A stretch of DNA of 63,887 bases, counting the filler, from Octopus bimaculoides (Eukaryota): NCBI RefSeq assembly GCF_001194135.2. It is 5 parts of 5 records of this genome, joined end to end, with 100 filler letters (N's around TTAATTAATTAA, not from the genome) between each part and the next. Parts side by side here need not be neighbours in the genome. Positions count along the whole stretch, not along the records: positions 23,480 to 50,003 come from NC_068989.1; 4 more parts are not named here. One strand, given 5' to 3'. A program made the position numbers and the translations under genes. Below the pieces are notes generated by a model. That model was not told the origin of the DNA, did not search any database, and worked only from the letters and a program-made list of their open reading frames with translations. Positions 35,808 to 47,371 of the stretch are shown in pieces (within the stretch, counting starts at the first letter, position 1; every line of letters starts with the position of its first letter).

Positions 35808-37727
35808 ATGCTGGTGCTCACGTACTTTCTAGTAGCACTTTTCACTTTGATTTTAGCCAAAGATAAATGTGGTCAACACGAATGTGCCGACCAAGCATTT
35901 AACCAAAGCTATCACTTTTACTTACAGGGTTGTTTCTGCGATACTCGCTGTGAGGTTTATGGCGACTGCTGTGTTAATTACAACTCAACAGACATATCAA
36001 CCAGCGATAAATATGGTGAATCTAATTGTGTCGCACTCGATGACGATCATGCGTTGATGATGGTAACGTCTTGTAGCAAAGAGTACTCGCCTGAGTCTGA
36101 AATAAGTCAAAACTGCTATACGGACACTGGCCATCCAGCTTGGGGCATTCCCGTAACAAGTATTGAATCCAAGATTGTCTACAAAAATATGTTTTGTGCT
36201 CTTTGTAACAGTGAAAATCACTATACGTTTTGGAACATACGCATAGAATGCCCAGAGGAAATTGACACTAGCAATCTTAGTAAAACTCTTGATGAAAATA
36301 TGGAAGGATGCAATACAAAAATGGAAAACTTAGAACCTTCTTACGAACATAAATGTAACAGCAGTATAATCTCCAGCTGTCCACAAGGAACAAAAGATGA
36401 ACAGACTGTGAAAGATTGCCGTAATGGTTACTACGGAGTTGTTTACGATCTTAACGGTACAATGTATAAAAATATTTTTTGTTTCAATTGCAATGTAAAT
36501 AAGTCGGAAGAAATACTTTGTCACTATGACACAGGACCTACGATAATCGAAATGGAAGCAAGATTATCGTTTTCAGTTCTGCTTAATTTCAATCGAGATG
36601 TTACTGTAAACAAGGCAGACCACCTGGTACGGATGAATCCTTGTAAAGAAGGGTACATATATACTAACGGAGAGTGTCGAAAGAAACTGCAAGTGGAAAA
36701 AAGCGGTCCGAAGTGTACGCAGGTAAAACTTAACAACCATGAATTTGTATTCTTAGCAAATGGAACACTTTACCATAATTCAACAAAGACATTTCACGGA
36801 AAAGAATATTATTCTATAAATGACACAAGCCGTATGGATGTGTATATATGCATGGATCGGATTTTAAACAAAGATGTACAACGAATACCTTTAACTACTT
36901 CTGAAACCGAAATCCAGCTCACATATGTGTGTTCTGTAATTTCAATGATTGCTTTAGCCATTCTTATTGCTAAATTTTTATATTTTCGTAATATTCGCTC
37001 ACTGTCCGGTTTCATATATGTTTCATTTGCCATCACTTTATTTATAGCGCAACTTCTCTTCGTCCTAACACCTCATTTTTCCAAGATGGTCATTTCATCC
37101 TGTCGTGCAGTAGCAGTGGTTATGCACTACGCGTTTCTGTCATCATTCTTCTGGTTAAATTCCATCACTATTAACATATGGCTATCTGTCTGCTGGACAC
37201 CATGTCAATCAAAAAAATATTCAGAAAAACGTTCTTTTATCTCCTATTCGGCCTTTTCATGGCTTGCACCCATACTCTTGATTGTACCTGCAATTCTACT
37301 CGATAAGTACCAACCGAATTCTATTTTCGCTCCCAGTTATGGGTTATATGAATTCTGCTGGATAAACAATGGGTCGAGTATTATGCTTTTCTTCGCAGGT
37401 CCGCTTGCTTTGATTATTCTCATAAATATGATACTTTACATACATACCGCTGTCACAATTTACAAACTCCGTAAATTTACTCAGCAACATTCGGACAGAA
37501 ACGATGTTGTAGCAATATTTATCAACATGAAACTTTGTTTATTGACTGGTATTACGTGGAGTATTGGATATGTTGCAATCGTAACACATTCTTACCACTT
37601 AAGAGTTGCTTTCATCTTTTTAAATTCATCTTTCGGACTTTGGGTTGCAATGTCTTTCTTGTTTACTCGAAGCATCTTCACCAAAATGAAACAGAAAATA
37701 AGAACATTAACTGAAACCGGAGAATAA
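35808..37727 (+). CDS. intronless class B-like (secretin/Methuselah-like) GPCR with somatomedin-B-like ectodomain, 639 aa
   Basis: Signal peptide MLVLTYFLVALFTLILA; SMB-like CFCDTRCEVYGDCCVNY; two YKNxFCxxCN repeats. Seven hydrophobic helices with class B signatures: HYAFLSSFFWLN (TM3), SWLAP (TM4), FCWI (ECL2), GP..IILIN (TM5), LTGITWSIG (TM6), FLNSSFGLW (TM7). No GPS motif. Confidence 0.93.
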   Translation: MLVLTYFLVALFTLILAKDKCGQHECADQAFNQSYHFYLQGCFCDTRCEVYGDCCVNYNSTDISTSDKYGESNCVALDDDHALMMVTSCSKEYSPESEISQNCYTDTGHPAWGIPVTSIESKIVYKNMFCALCNSENHYTFWNIRIECPEEIDTSNLSKTLDENMEGCNTKMENLEPSYEHKCNSSIISSCPQGTKDEQTVKDCRNGYYGVVYDLNGTMYKNIFCFNCNVNKSEEILCHYDTGPTIIEMEARLSFSVLLNFNRDVTVNKADHLVRMNPCKEGYIYTNGECRKKLQVEKSGPKCTQVKLNNHEFVFLANGTLYHNSTKTFHGKEYYSINDTSRMDVYICMDRILNKDVQRIPLTTSETEIQLTYVCSVISMIALAILIAKFLYFRNIRSLSGFIYVSFAITLFIAQLLFVLTPHFSKMVISSCRAVAVVMHYAFLSSFFWLNSITINIWLSVCWTPCQSKKYSEKRSFISYSAFSWLAPILLIVPAILLDKYQPNSIFAPSYGLYEFCWINNGSSIMLFFAGPLALIILINMILYIHTAVTIYKLRKFTQQHSDRNDVVAIFINMKLCLLTGITWSIGYVAIVTHSYHLRVAFIFLNSSFGLWVAMSFLFTRSIFTKMKQKIRTLTETGE

Positions 37728-37838
37728 ACCGATTCTTATAAACTCCGCATTTGTAAATATATCATTTTAGCTGATTGTATATTAAATTGTAAATATTTCT
37801 CCACGCATAAAAATGTCAAGATATTTCCATTATTATTA

Positions 37839-37881
<43 letters not shown>

Positions 37882-38021
37882 CATTTTATGTTTGACTTTT
37901 GTTTTGCATTTGTACAAGTTGGATCCAAGTCTCACCCAGAGACCTCAAGAGACAAGTTAGAAGTTCATGTAGGTGTTATGCCTAGGGTACCATATATTTG
38001 GATTTGTACAGTTTTGTTCAA

Positions 38022-38100
38022 GTGAATGTTTAAGAAACCATAAGAAAATTATGTGTTTGCTTTAAACACATAATTTTCTTATGGTTTCTTAAACATTCAC
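38022..38100. repeat. perfect 37-bp inverted repeat with 5-nt loop
   Basis: GTGAATGTTTAAGAAACCATAAGAAAATTATGTGTTT-GCTTT-AAACACATAATTTTCTTATGGTTTCTTAAACATTCAC. Confidence 0.95.
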
Positions 38101-38228
38101 CGGAATATTCCAACAGATGGCCATCCATGCTCGTCATCAAATAACCAAAAGAAAAAGAATGAAAAATGGTCTAGGGAAGATAATAAAGAAGTTCTTACAG
38201 CCTTCTACCATGCCATATATTCCCCATA

Positions 38229-38292
<64 letters not shown>

Positions 38293-38520
38293 TATCTCCG
38301 GATTTCTTCTAACCCCCGCAGACTTGCATGCGTAGCGGTCTTGCTGTCTGAAGCCTAAGGTACAAAGCTATCCGTTCTTTTCAACTTTCCTGGTAATTCT
38401 GGCCGTGCCAAGGCGGCAAAACTTTTGTAACAGTTCTACTGAGTACTCTACACCGATTTCCTTTATATTTCTCTTGGTGTCTTCTGATACTGTCCCCAAG
38501 GAACCAAGAATATAATTGGG
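38229..38520 (-). mobile_element. R4/Dong-like 3' fragment with (TAA)n tail
   Basis: ILGSLGTVSEDTKRNIKEIGVEYSVELLQKFCRLGTARITRKV*, followed on the minus strand by (TAA)n at 38229-38290. Confidence 0.8.
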
Positions 38521-39103
38521 ACCATTATCATCATCATCATCATAATTGAGCGAGAGAGCAGTGCATGCCATCAAAGTGACACTGGGTTACAAATATACGA
38601 AGCCCATTATACCCATCATGACTACCCGTCTGATAAGGGTACACCAGGCCCATGCATCACAAATATATGTGCGCTACATGGTGATCTTATATCTAAATAA
38701 ACACCTCAAGAACGTGTAGGCAGAGCTCTGTTAGAATTTTCTTGAGGTCGAGTGTCACAACCGGCTCCAAACGTCCCCGTGTAAGGGTTTTTAAAAGGAT
38801 ATTGAACGAAACACAGGTCTCAAGAGAGAAATCGTTCAAACACCAAAGAATTCCTCTCAACATATGATTATGATGCATTCCTCACTCCTCCTGCGCGTGG
38901 TGACAGATGCACATATCGTCAGCCACTAAGGGAAATGCTCAAATGGTTATGGTCAAACAGCTGGCACGAAGATCTGTGGAATTGAGCAGAGTATTTGCTG
39001 TAGCCCATCGTTTACATCAAGAGAAAGCTTATAACACTTTCAATCAGTTAAGATCAGAAGCTTGGTATTAGATCAGGGTAGTTATTATTATTATCGTTAT
39101 TAT

Positions 39104-39178
<75 letters not shown>

Positions 39179-39255
39179 CACCACCACCACTGTGGTCAAT
39201 CTAATAGACTCGGCCCTTTCCCAAAATTTCAGGCTTTGTGCCTTCAGGAGAAAGG

Positions 39256-39326
<71 letters not shown>

Positions 39327-39554
39327 GGCGACAATCTGGCTGAATCGTTTCGACGTTGGCCAAAATGTTTAGCGCTATTTCGTCCGTCTTTACGTTCTGA
39401 GTTCAAATTCCGCCGAGGTGGACTTTGCGTTTCATCCTATTGGCGTCGATAAATTAAGTACCAGTTAAATACTGGGGCCGATGTCGTCGAATAGTCCCCT
39501 CTCCCAATTTTCAGGCCTCGTGGCTGTACAGAAATTATTATTATNNNNNNNNNN

Positions 39555-39602
<48 letters not shown>

Positions 39603-39837
39603 ATTATTATTATTATTATTAAGGCGGCAATCTGGTACAATTGTTAGCACGCTGGGCAAAGGATGCTTAGCGGCATTTCGTTCGACTTTACATTCTGGTT
39701 TCAAATTCCGCGGAGGTCGACTTTGCCTTTCATTCATTTGGGGCTCGATATCATAAGTACCAGTTAAGTACTGGGTTTGTGCAACCGACTTTTCCTCTTT
39801 TCCGAAACTGCTGGCTTTGTGCCAAAATTTGAAACCA

Positions 39838-39852
39838 TTATTATTATTATTC

Positions 39853-39887
<35 letters not shown>

Positions 39888-40520
39888 TCCTTTTATCACA
39901 GGTTTTGCTGGAACTTCTGAAGAATTTCTCGCATAGCGAGCTTACTACCTACAAATTATGGTACCATGCTCTCTGTTCTTTTCAACTATTTAATACTTTC
40001 CTGATTATTCTGGCCGTGCTAAGGAGGCAAACCTTTGTAGCAGTTCTACTGGGTGTTCTATTCCGATTTCCTTTATATTCCTCTTGATGTCTTCTGATAC
40101 TGTCCCCAAGGATCCAACAATAATTGGCACTATCTTCACCTTCTTCATTTTCCATATCCGAGCTATTTCGTACTTAAGAGGGTTGTATTTATCTATTTTT
40201 TTTTTTGTTTTCCTTCTTGTCTATTCGTGGGTCAAAGGAGCACGCAACATCAACTATATAGCACAAGTGGCGACCACCACTAGGTCTGGTCTGTTATGCT
40301 CGAGCACCTGATCTGTTTGGATTGGGAAATCCAAAAAGATTTTTGCAGGTCTCCGACTCCGCCATTCTCTACTTTTCGCACCATTTCCAATGTAGCACCT
40401 TCACTACCTGATCGTATCGCCACAGCTTGTAGTGGTTTGGAGCGAGTCTAGGACATTCGTTTACGATATGGGCAATGATCCACTCTATTACAAATGCGGG
40501 AAGAGCTGAGACACTTACTT
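39838..40520 (-). mobile_element. R4/Dong-like RLE endonuclease fragment
   Basis: HIVNECP (zinc knuckle end), DQVVKVLHWK, HNRPDLVVV..YIVDVAC (PD-(D/E)xK), KYNPLKYEIARIW..KVKIVPIIVGSLG; flanked by (TAA)n. Confidence 0.85.
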
Positions 40521-41173
40521 ATGCGTTTCGCATCATGGAATTCTTAGTTACGGCTAGATTTTTTATGAACATGACTCTTCCGTACTACAGTGATTATCCT
40601 TCCAAGAATTTCCAATCTTACAAGTGAATTTTTAACGCAAAATAGAGAGTAGATGTAAGAATACTGTACGTTTAAATAACAAACGCTATACGGCGATTGA
40701 AGGGAGGTTATTATATCAGTTTTATTTCTATTATCTCCCTTGTGTTGTGTACGTATTTATATTTTTAGGAGCACACACAGCATCCTTAAACTCTTACAGA
40801 ATTTAAAGAAAAGTTGATAGGGGTACGCAAATCAAATGGCACTTGGGGTGATCATGATAGAAACTAGCTGAAAAGAAGAAGAAAAGACAAAGAAGGAGAA
40901 GAAGAAGAGGAAAAAGTGGAAGAAGGAGACTATGCCTAGTAAATTCACACACAATATCATTCATTTTTAGTAAATACCTAGAGTAATTTAGAATATTTTC
41001 TTGTACATACATGGTCTATATTGCAAACTCACTTTGCTGCTACGATGTTTCGGGTTCAATCCCGGCGTGCGGCATTTTGGACAAGTGTTTTCAACCATGA
41101 TCCCGGACTGACCAAATTCTTGTGTGGGAATTTCGTAGTTTCGTAGAAAGAAGCTGAGTGGAAACGCGTTGTC

Positions 41174-41204
<31 letters not shown>

Positions 41205-41813
41205 NNNNNNNNNNNNNNNNNNNNNNNNNNNNNNNNNNNNNNNNNNNNNNNNNNNNNNNNNNNNNNNNNNNNNNNNNNNNNNNNNNNNNNNNNNNNNNNN
41301 NNNNNNNNNNNNNNNNNNNNNNNNNNNNNNNNNNNNNNNNNNNNNNNNNNNNNNNNNNNNNNNNNNNNNNNNNNNNNNNNNNNNNNNNNNNNNNNNNNNN
41401 NNNNNNNNNNNNNNNNATATATATATATATGTATATATATACATATATATATATATAAGTATGTATGTATGCATGTATGTATTTGTATGTATGTATATAT
41501 TTGTATGTATTTGTGTGTGTGTACGTATAAAAATTATGACCCCCCACCTTCGGTCATGAAGAGCAGCTGCCTTGCACCTAGGAAGTTCCCGTCCAAGGTA
41601 TAAGTCCAGGCAAGATTGTTTAAGGAAGACAAGCAGTCGCCCATGCATTTATCCCAGCCTCCCCACTCCATGCAACTGATGTTATCCAAGGGGAAAGGCC
41701 GATACAGTTTGACTCCGGTGACGTCACAACTTATTTCTACGGATGAGTGAACTGGAACAACGTAAAATAAAGTGTCTTGCTCAATAGCACAACCCCCGCC
41801 CCCACACGCGCGC

Positions 41814-41854
<41 letters not shown>

Positions 41855-42656
41855 CATATATAACGAAAATATTTGACCTTCTCAGCCTAATTTATTCTAT
41901 TCAGTTGTCAAGATAATTCTGCATTCTAACATTTCTGATGCTGCATCTTTCGTGTATCTATTTAGTAAATATATCATCAAACCGCAAGTTTCATATAAAC
42001 AAAAATAAACGATAGTGTTATTCCTGTTCTGGCTTATCTCAGTGGAACTGACATGTAAGATAAACATGAAGTTGATATCGAAACTCCAGTGCATGTATTA
42101 ACAGATATAAGTCTTTTAAAAATGCTGAGAACATAAGATGTTCAACAAAGAATGCGTTGTGAGTGTAAAACATGTGCAGTGAGTAGACAGGATTGTTGGA
42201 AAACTAGTAAATATGTAGGCGCTAGCGGGATTAAATGTTTTATTATCATTATTTCGAAAACATAAGGTTACTGGTTCAATATCCTTTCGGAGTACCTTGA
42301 GAAAATGCTTTTCATTCTATAGCTTAGGGTTAAAGAACACGGTGTGAATGAAAAAAAAGAAGAAATGCGAGTTAGCTATATGGAAAGTTTGGGTGTGGTG
42401 CATCTGTAAAGCAAAGGCGAACATTTTACAAATTAAGTGCGTCACACTGATTAAATCTGGAGATATTAAGTATACAATTGCATCAGTCTATAGGCGCAGT
42501 CGTAGCTTTATGGTAAGAAGCTTCTTCCTAACCAACCACATGGTTCCGAGTTCAGTTCCACAGTGTGGCACTTCGGGTAAGTGTCTTATACTATAGCCTC
42601 AGGCCGACCAAATCCTTGTGAGTAGATTTCGTAGACAGAAACTGAAAGAAGTCTGT

Positions 42657-42687
<31 letters not shown>

Positions 42688-42845
42688 TTCTCTTTTTTCC
42701 TCCTTTTCTTCCTTCCTCGTCCAACGTACTGTCTCGTAGCGTTGCATTTTCCAACGGTATTTTCAAATAAGCTATGTAGCATGCTTCTCTACTCGCAGTT
42801 GTCACATTCGGTAATAATGTCTTACGGTTGAGTTGATTTTTTAAG

Positions 42846-42937
42846 TATTTCCCTGAAGAGAAGATTATATCTTTCTCAACATCACTCATTCCTTTGGAAT
42901 GAACCAATTGTAATCTTCGAAACATATGTCGGAAATA
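42846..42937 (+). ncRNA. type I hammerhead ribozyme (Penelope-like pLTR type)
   Basis: Helix I TATTTCC/GGAAATA (7 bp); core CTGAAGA 42853-42859; helix II GAAGATTATA/TGTAATCTTC (10 bp, one GU); GAAA 42919-42922; palindromic helix III ACATATGT; GUC triplet ending at 42930. Confidence 0.85.
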
Positions 42938-43267
42938 AAAGAAATCATTTAACACATGCGTATAACTCCATTTATTTAACCTTATATTTATTCAAAATAC
43001 CTCAAATTAACGGAGTTTCTACCTCATAAACAGGAGTTACACCAAAGTTATTTTGTATATATATAATATATATCACCATTACCTTTATTACCATACGTTT
43101 ATCGTATATACATATATATATATATAAATATGTATGTATATAATTATTTGTGCGTCTGTGTTTGTTCCTACACCATCGCTTGACAACCGATGCTGGTGTG
43201 TCTACTTCACCCGTAACTTAGCGCTCATCAAAGGACTCCGATAGAATAAGTACACTGCTTTTAAAGA

Positions 43268-43318
<51 letters not shown>

Positions 43319-45771
43319 TGAGTATGCCTTTGTGTCTATGTTTGTCCCCCCACCATCACATAACAACCAACATTGGTGTGTTTACGTCTCCGTAACATAG
43401 CAGTTCGGCAAAAGAGCCGATGGAATAAGTACTAGGCTTACAAAGAATGAGTCCTGAAAGCCCTTTTAAGGCGGTACTCCAGCATGTCTGCAGTCAAATG
43501 ATTATAATGTATAAACGTAAAAGAGTATGCGGGAGGAGCAATGTAGCTATACATCTGTTTATATAAAGTTTGAGAGGGGACGAAAAAAGTGAGAGGAATT
43601 CTTGGATGCCTTATTTACTTAATTGTTTGTTCTTTTGTGATGAACTTCTACAAAGCTGCTTGAGTGGTTGTAAGAAAGCATATGAAATATATTTTAGTGT
43701 TAATGGAGTTACGTCCCTTGACAATGTATTGCCTCTAAATTTACTCTATGGAGTTATGTCCCTTCTACAGTTACGGTTACAAACTCGCACAACACCCTTA
43801 ACATTAATTATTTCATTTTTCATTTTTCATTTTATCTAGTTTCAGCTCATGAGCTGTGGCCATGCTGGGGCACCGCCATTTTATTATTTTTTTTTTGCAG
43901 GATATACAAAGTAAGTACCATTGGTGAACTGGAATCGATTTAATCGATTATCTAGTATGGTGTTGTCGAAGTATTCGGTACAGGTCCGATAATGCATTCG
44001 GCCCATATTTGATGATAACTTTTTTTTTTTTTCTTAAATATATGTTTTACCTGTGAATTTAAGTGTATAAACTGGGAATATATACAACGAGTTTCTCTGC
44101 CCTAGGTTTACGGAAAACACTCGGCGAGAAATGGAAGAAAATTTGAAGAAAGAAGAAAAAAAACAACAACAACATAATAATAATAATAATAATAATCCTT
44201 TGTACTATAGGAACAAGGCCTCAAATTTGGTTGGAGGGGACTAGTCGGTTACATCGACCCCAGTGTTTCACTGGTACTTTACTTATTTTGTTGACCCCGA
44301 AAGGATGAAAGATAAAGTCGACCTCGGCGGAATTTGAACTCAGAACATAACGGCAGACGAAATACCGCTAAGCATTTTGCCCGGTGTGCTACGATTCTGC
44401 CAGCTCACCGCCTTCAATAATAACAATAATAATGATTTTATCTATTTGCCACAAGGACGAAGAAGGAGGGGGACTGACATAGAGTGCGGGGGTTTACATT
44501 TAATGAAATGATTAAAAGAAAGATACTTAATGACTAACATACATGAAATTCTTGAGTTTAGCGTGCAAAAAGTTTTATTAATGCTCACATCATGGATTTA
44601 TTAACTTAGTATTAAACGCCATGGTTTTAATTAACATGTAATAGTAGAACTGGCATCATGTTTTAAATACGTAAGCAATGAGAAAAATAAAAAGAGAGAA
44701 ACAATAGTGGCTTGTACACCAACGGTGTATGAAGAGTGCATAGTACTACCCGCCTCCCCTGCCCCCTGCCCCCTCCACTCACACAAAACACAAATGTACA
44801 ACTACACACAAAATATACAGAAACTCTAAGAGAAACGGCCATGCATATGTTTTCAAGCACAGTTTATAAACATACATACATACATGGGTCTTTGTGATAT
44901 GGAAAGATAACTCATCTGGCAAAGCAGCTTAGACTCCGCCACATGTCTAAATCCAAGAACTGAACTTTTCGGATCATGTCCACATGAGGCTAAATATTTG
45001 TTACGTTTTTGGTTTCCCCAAGATTACAGATAGGGCTTGCTTTCTATATTGCGTCCACGTGCAAGCTTTTTATCTCTCTATACTTTTTACTTATATTTCT
45101 TATATATTTTTGTATTTTCTTACGTATTTATAGAGATATTGTTTTATAGTTTTATTGCTCATATATTTTTTACACATATTTTTTTTGTATTCTATCTTTC
45201 ACCCTGCATTTTTCCTGTGCGTATATAGACGTGTATATGGAATCTTTGTGCGCGCGTGTGGATGTATGCGTGTGTGTGGGCATGTGCGTATATAGACGTG
45301 TGTGTATGCGTGCATGCGAGTATGTGCGTATATAGATGTGTTTTACTCTTATTGCTTATTTTTTTACACTTTTTTCTGTATTTTGCCTTTAGCCCTGTTT
45401 TTTCTTGTGCATGTGCGTATATAGACGTGTGTATGAACAGTTTTTGTGCGCGTGCGTGCGTGTGTGTGTGCGAGCGTGTATGCGGACATGTATATATTTT
45501 TTGGCGAATGTGTGGGTGAGTATGTGTGTGTTTCAAGTGAGGGGGGAAGAGTATATACATATAGGCACATGTACATGTGTGTGCGGGCGCTCATGTGTAG
45601 GTATGGACATACGCGCTTACGCGATTACTATGAGCATCTTTATTCCTTTACCTTTACTCCCTCCCCTAACTTAGCAGTCATTCTAATAGCCCTTTTATCT
45701 TAATAACGGTCAACCACAAAGTAATTCCCTTTGTTTAACGGTCATTTTCAGAGCATTTTTTTCGATGGTCC

Positions 45772-45832
45772 GATAACTGAAGAGATGCCGTCGAGGGCGT
45801 CCGCCTCGACATCCGAAACTCGGAGTTTTATC
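45772..45832 (+). ncRNA. type I hammerhead ribozyme candidate (GC-rich family)
   Basis: Helix I GATAA/TTATC; core CTGAAGA 45777-45783; helix II GTCGAGG/CCTCGAC with an irregular base; GAAA 45815-45818; helix III ACT-CGG-AGT; GUU triplet. Confidence 0.65.
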
Positions 45833-46872
45833 ATGGCTACCGAATAATTGTCGCATATTATATTTACAGATATATATGTATATATATATATGCTGATGTT
45901 TGGAACAACGTGAAGAAGAATGACGAAAGCACGAGGGGAAAGGAACACATGTTGCGGCAAGCGGAGTCGTCTCGGCAATGGACAGCCTGGCCGGTCCAGG
46001 TGTTCCGGGTAATATCCTATGTATATTGTGAAAAAGTATCATTTTGGCTTTAATTTTTGTCTGGAAGACTTCGGTTGGTTAACGAACGAAAGCGCTGATT
46101 AAAGAATTCTAACTCGTTCCAAAATTCCGACAGCCTCTTTTTCTCAATATACAATATCTGTACACCAATTTAAACACTGTATACATACATACATACACAC
46201 ATACATACATACATACATACACAGACTTATACATATAAATAATTATATACACGTAAATACCTCTGTGTGCGCGTGTCGAAGTATGTATATGTATGTGTAA
46301 ATATTTTTTTATATATGTATGTATATATATATATATATATATATNNNNNNNNNNTGAGAATTCAGAAATAGCAGTCAAAGAACTACTGATTTCAAAACTA
46401 CAAATTATTACTCCAGATTGATAGCGATATTTTTGTCAATCCCTATATATTTATGATTATAAATGTTTTTTTACCGAAAAGGTTTTTTCATACTGAGCTA
46501 CCCGGCAAAATTGTTAATTATTAATTTTATTACTAATTGACGATTCCCTGCCCTGCATATCTATCTATCTATCTATATATATATATATATAATTATATGT
46601 CTATATGTATATCGTATATATATATATGTGTGTGTGTGTGTGTTTATATGCATACTTACATACATACATGCATACATATATATATATAAATAAATATATG
46701 TATATATATATATATAATATGTATATATATATATATATCTATCACATCACACCACACCAATACCCTCGCATCACACCACGCACACACTACAACTGACCAA
46801 CCACTTTCTCCCTTTCTCCCTTCCCCATTTTCACACTACACACGCAAACATACACTCACCCACACATATATA

Positions 46873-47105
46873 CATTGCTGGTCAAAAGTCACCGGACAGT
46901 AAATCGCAAGCATTTAATTCCGAGATTCATTTATGCTTAATTTCTGAATGAATTTAATAAAAGCATCTAAATGTGAAACGTCATGAAAATTGTTGAAACC
47001 GAAGTCCATCTCTGTTGACATATTTTCCCATTCGAGTGAATACAGTATTACAGATAATATTTATGGAATTTCGATTTACTGTCGGTTGACTTTCGGTCAA
47101 CATAT
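46873..47105. mobile_element. Tc1-like MITE
   Basis: TA-CATTGCTGGTCAAAAGTCACCGGACAGTAAATCG ... CGATTTACTGTCGGTTGACTTTCGGTCAACATAT-TA; 25/32 identity between the TIRs. Confidence 0.7.
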
Positions 47106-47107
47106 TA

Positions 47108-47197
<90 letters not shown>

Positions 47198-47371
47198 TAT
47201 ATATATATATATGTACATATATATATATATATATAAATGTATCAGTTTATATGTATGATACTTTTGTGCGTATATTTTGGTTTATTCAAACAAACTTTGT
47301 AACAGTAACTTTAATAGAATACTTTGTATTCCGTAAACTGATTGCTTACATGTCTGTTTATATATTTTACA

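Noticed and set aside
35808-37727. Calling the receptors canonical adhesion GPCRs or assigning a gene symbol
   Set aside because: There is no GPS/GAIN motif before TM1, and orthology cannot be determined from the sequence alone.
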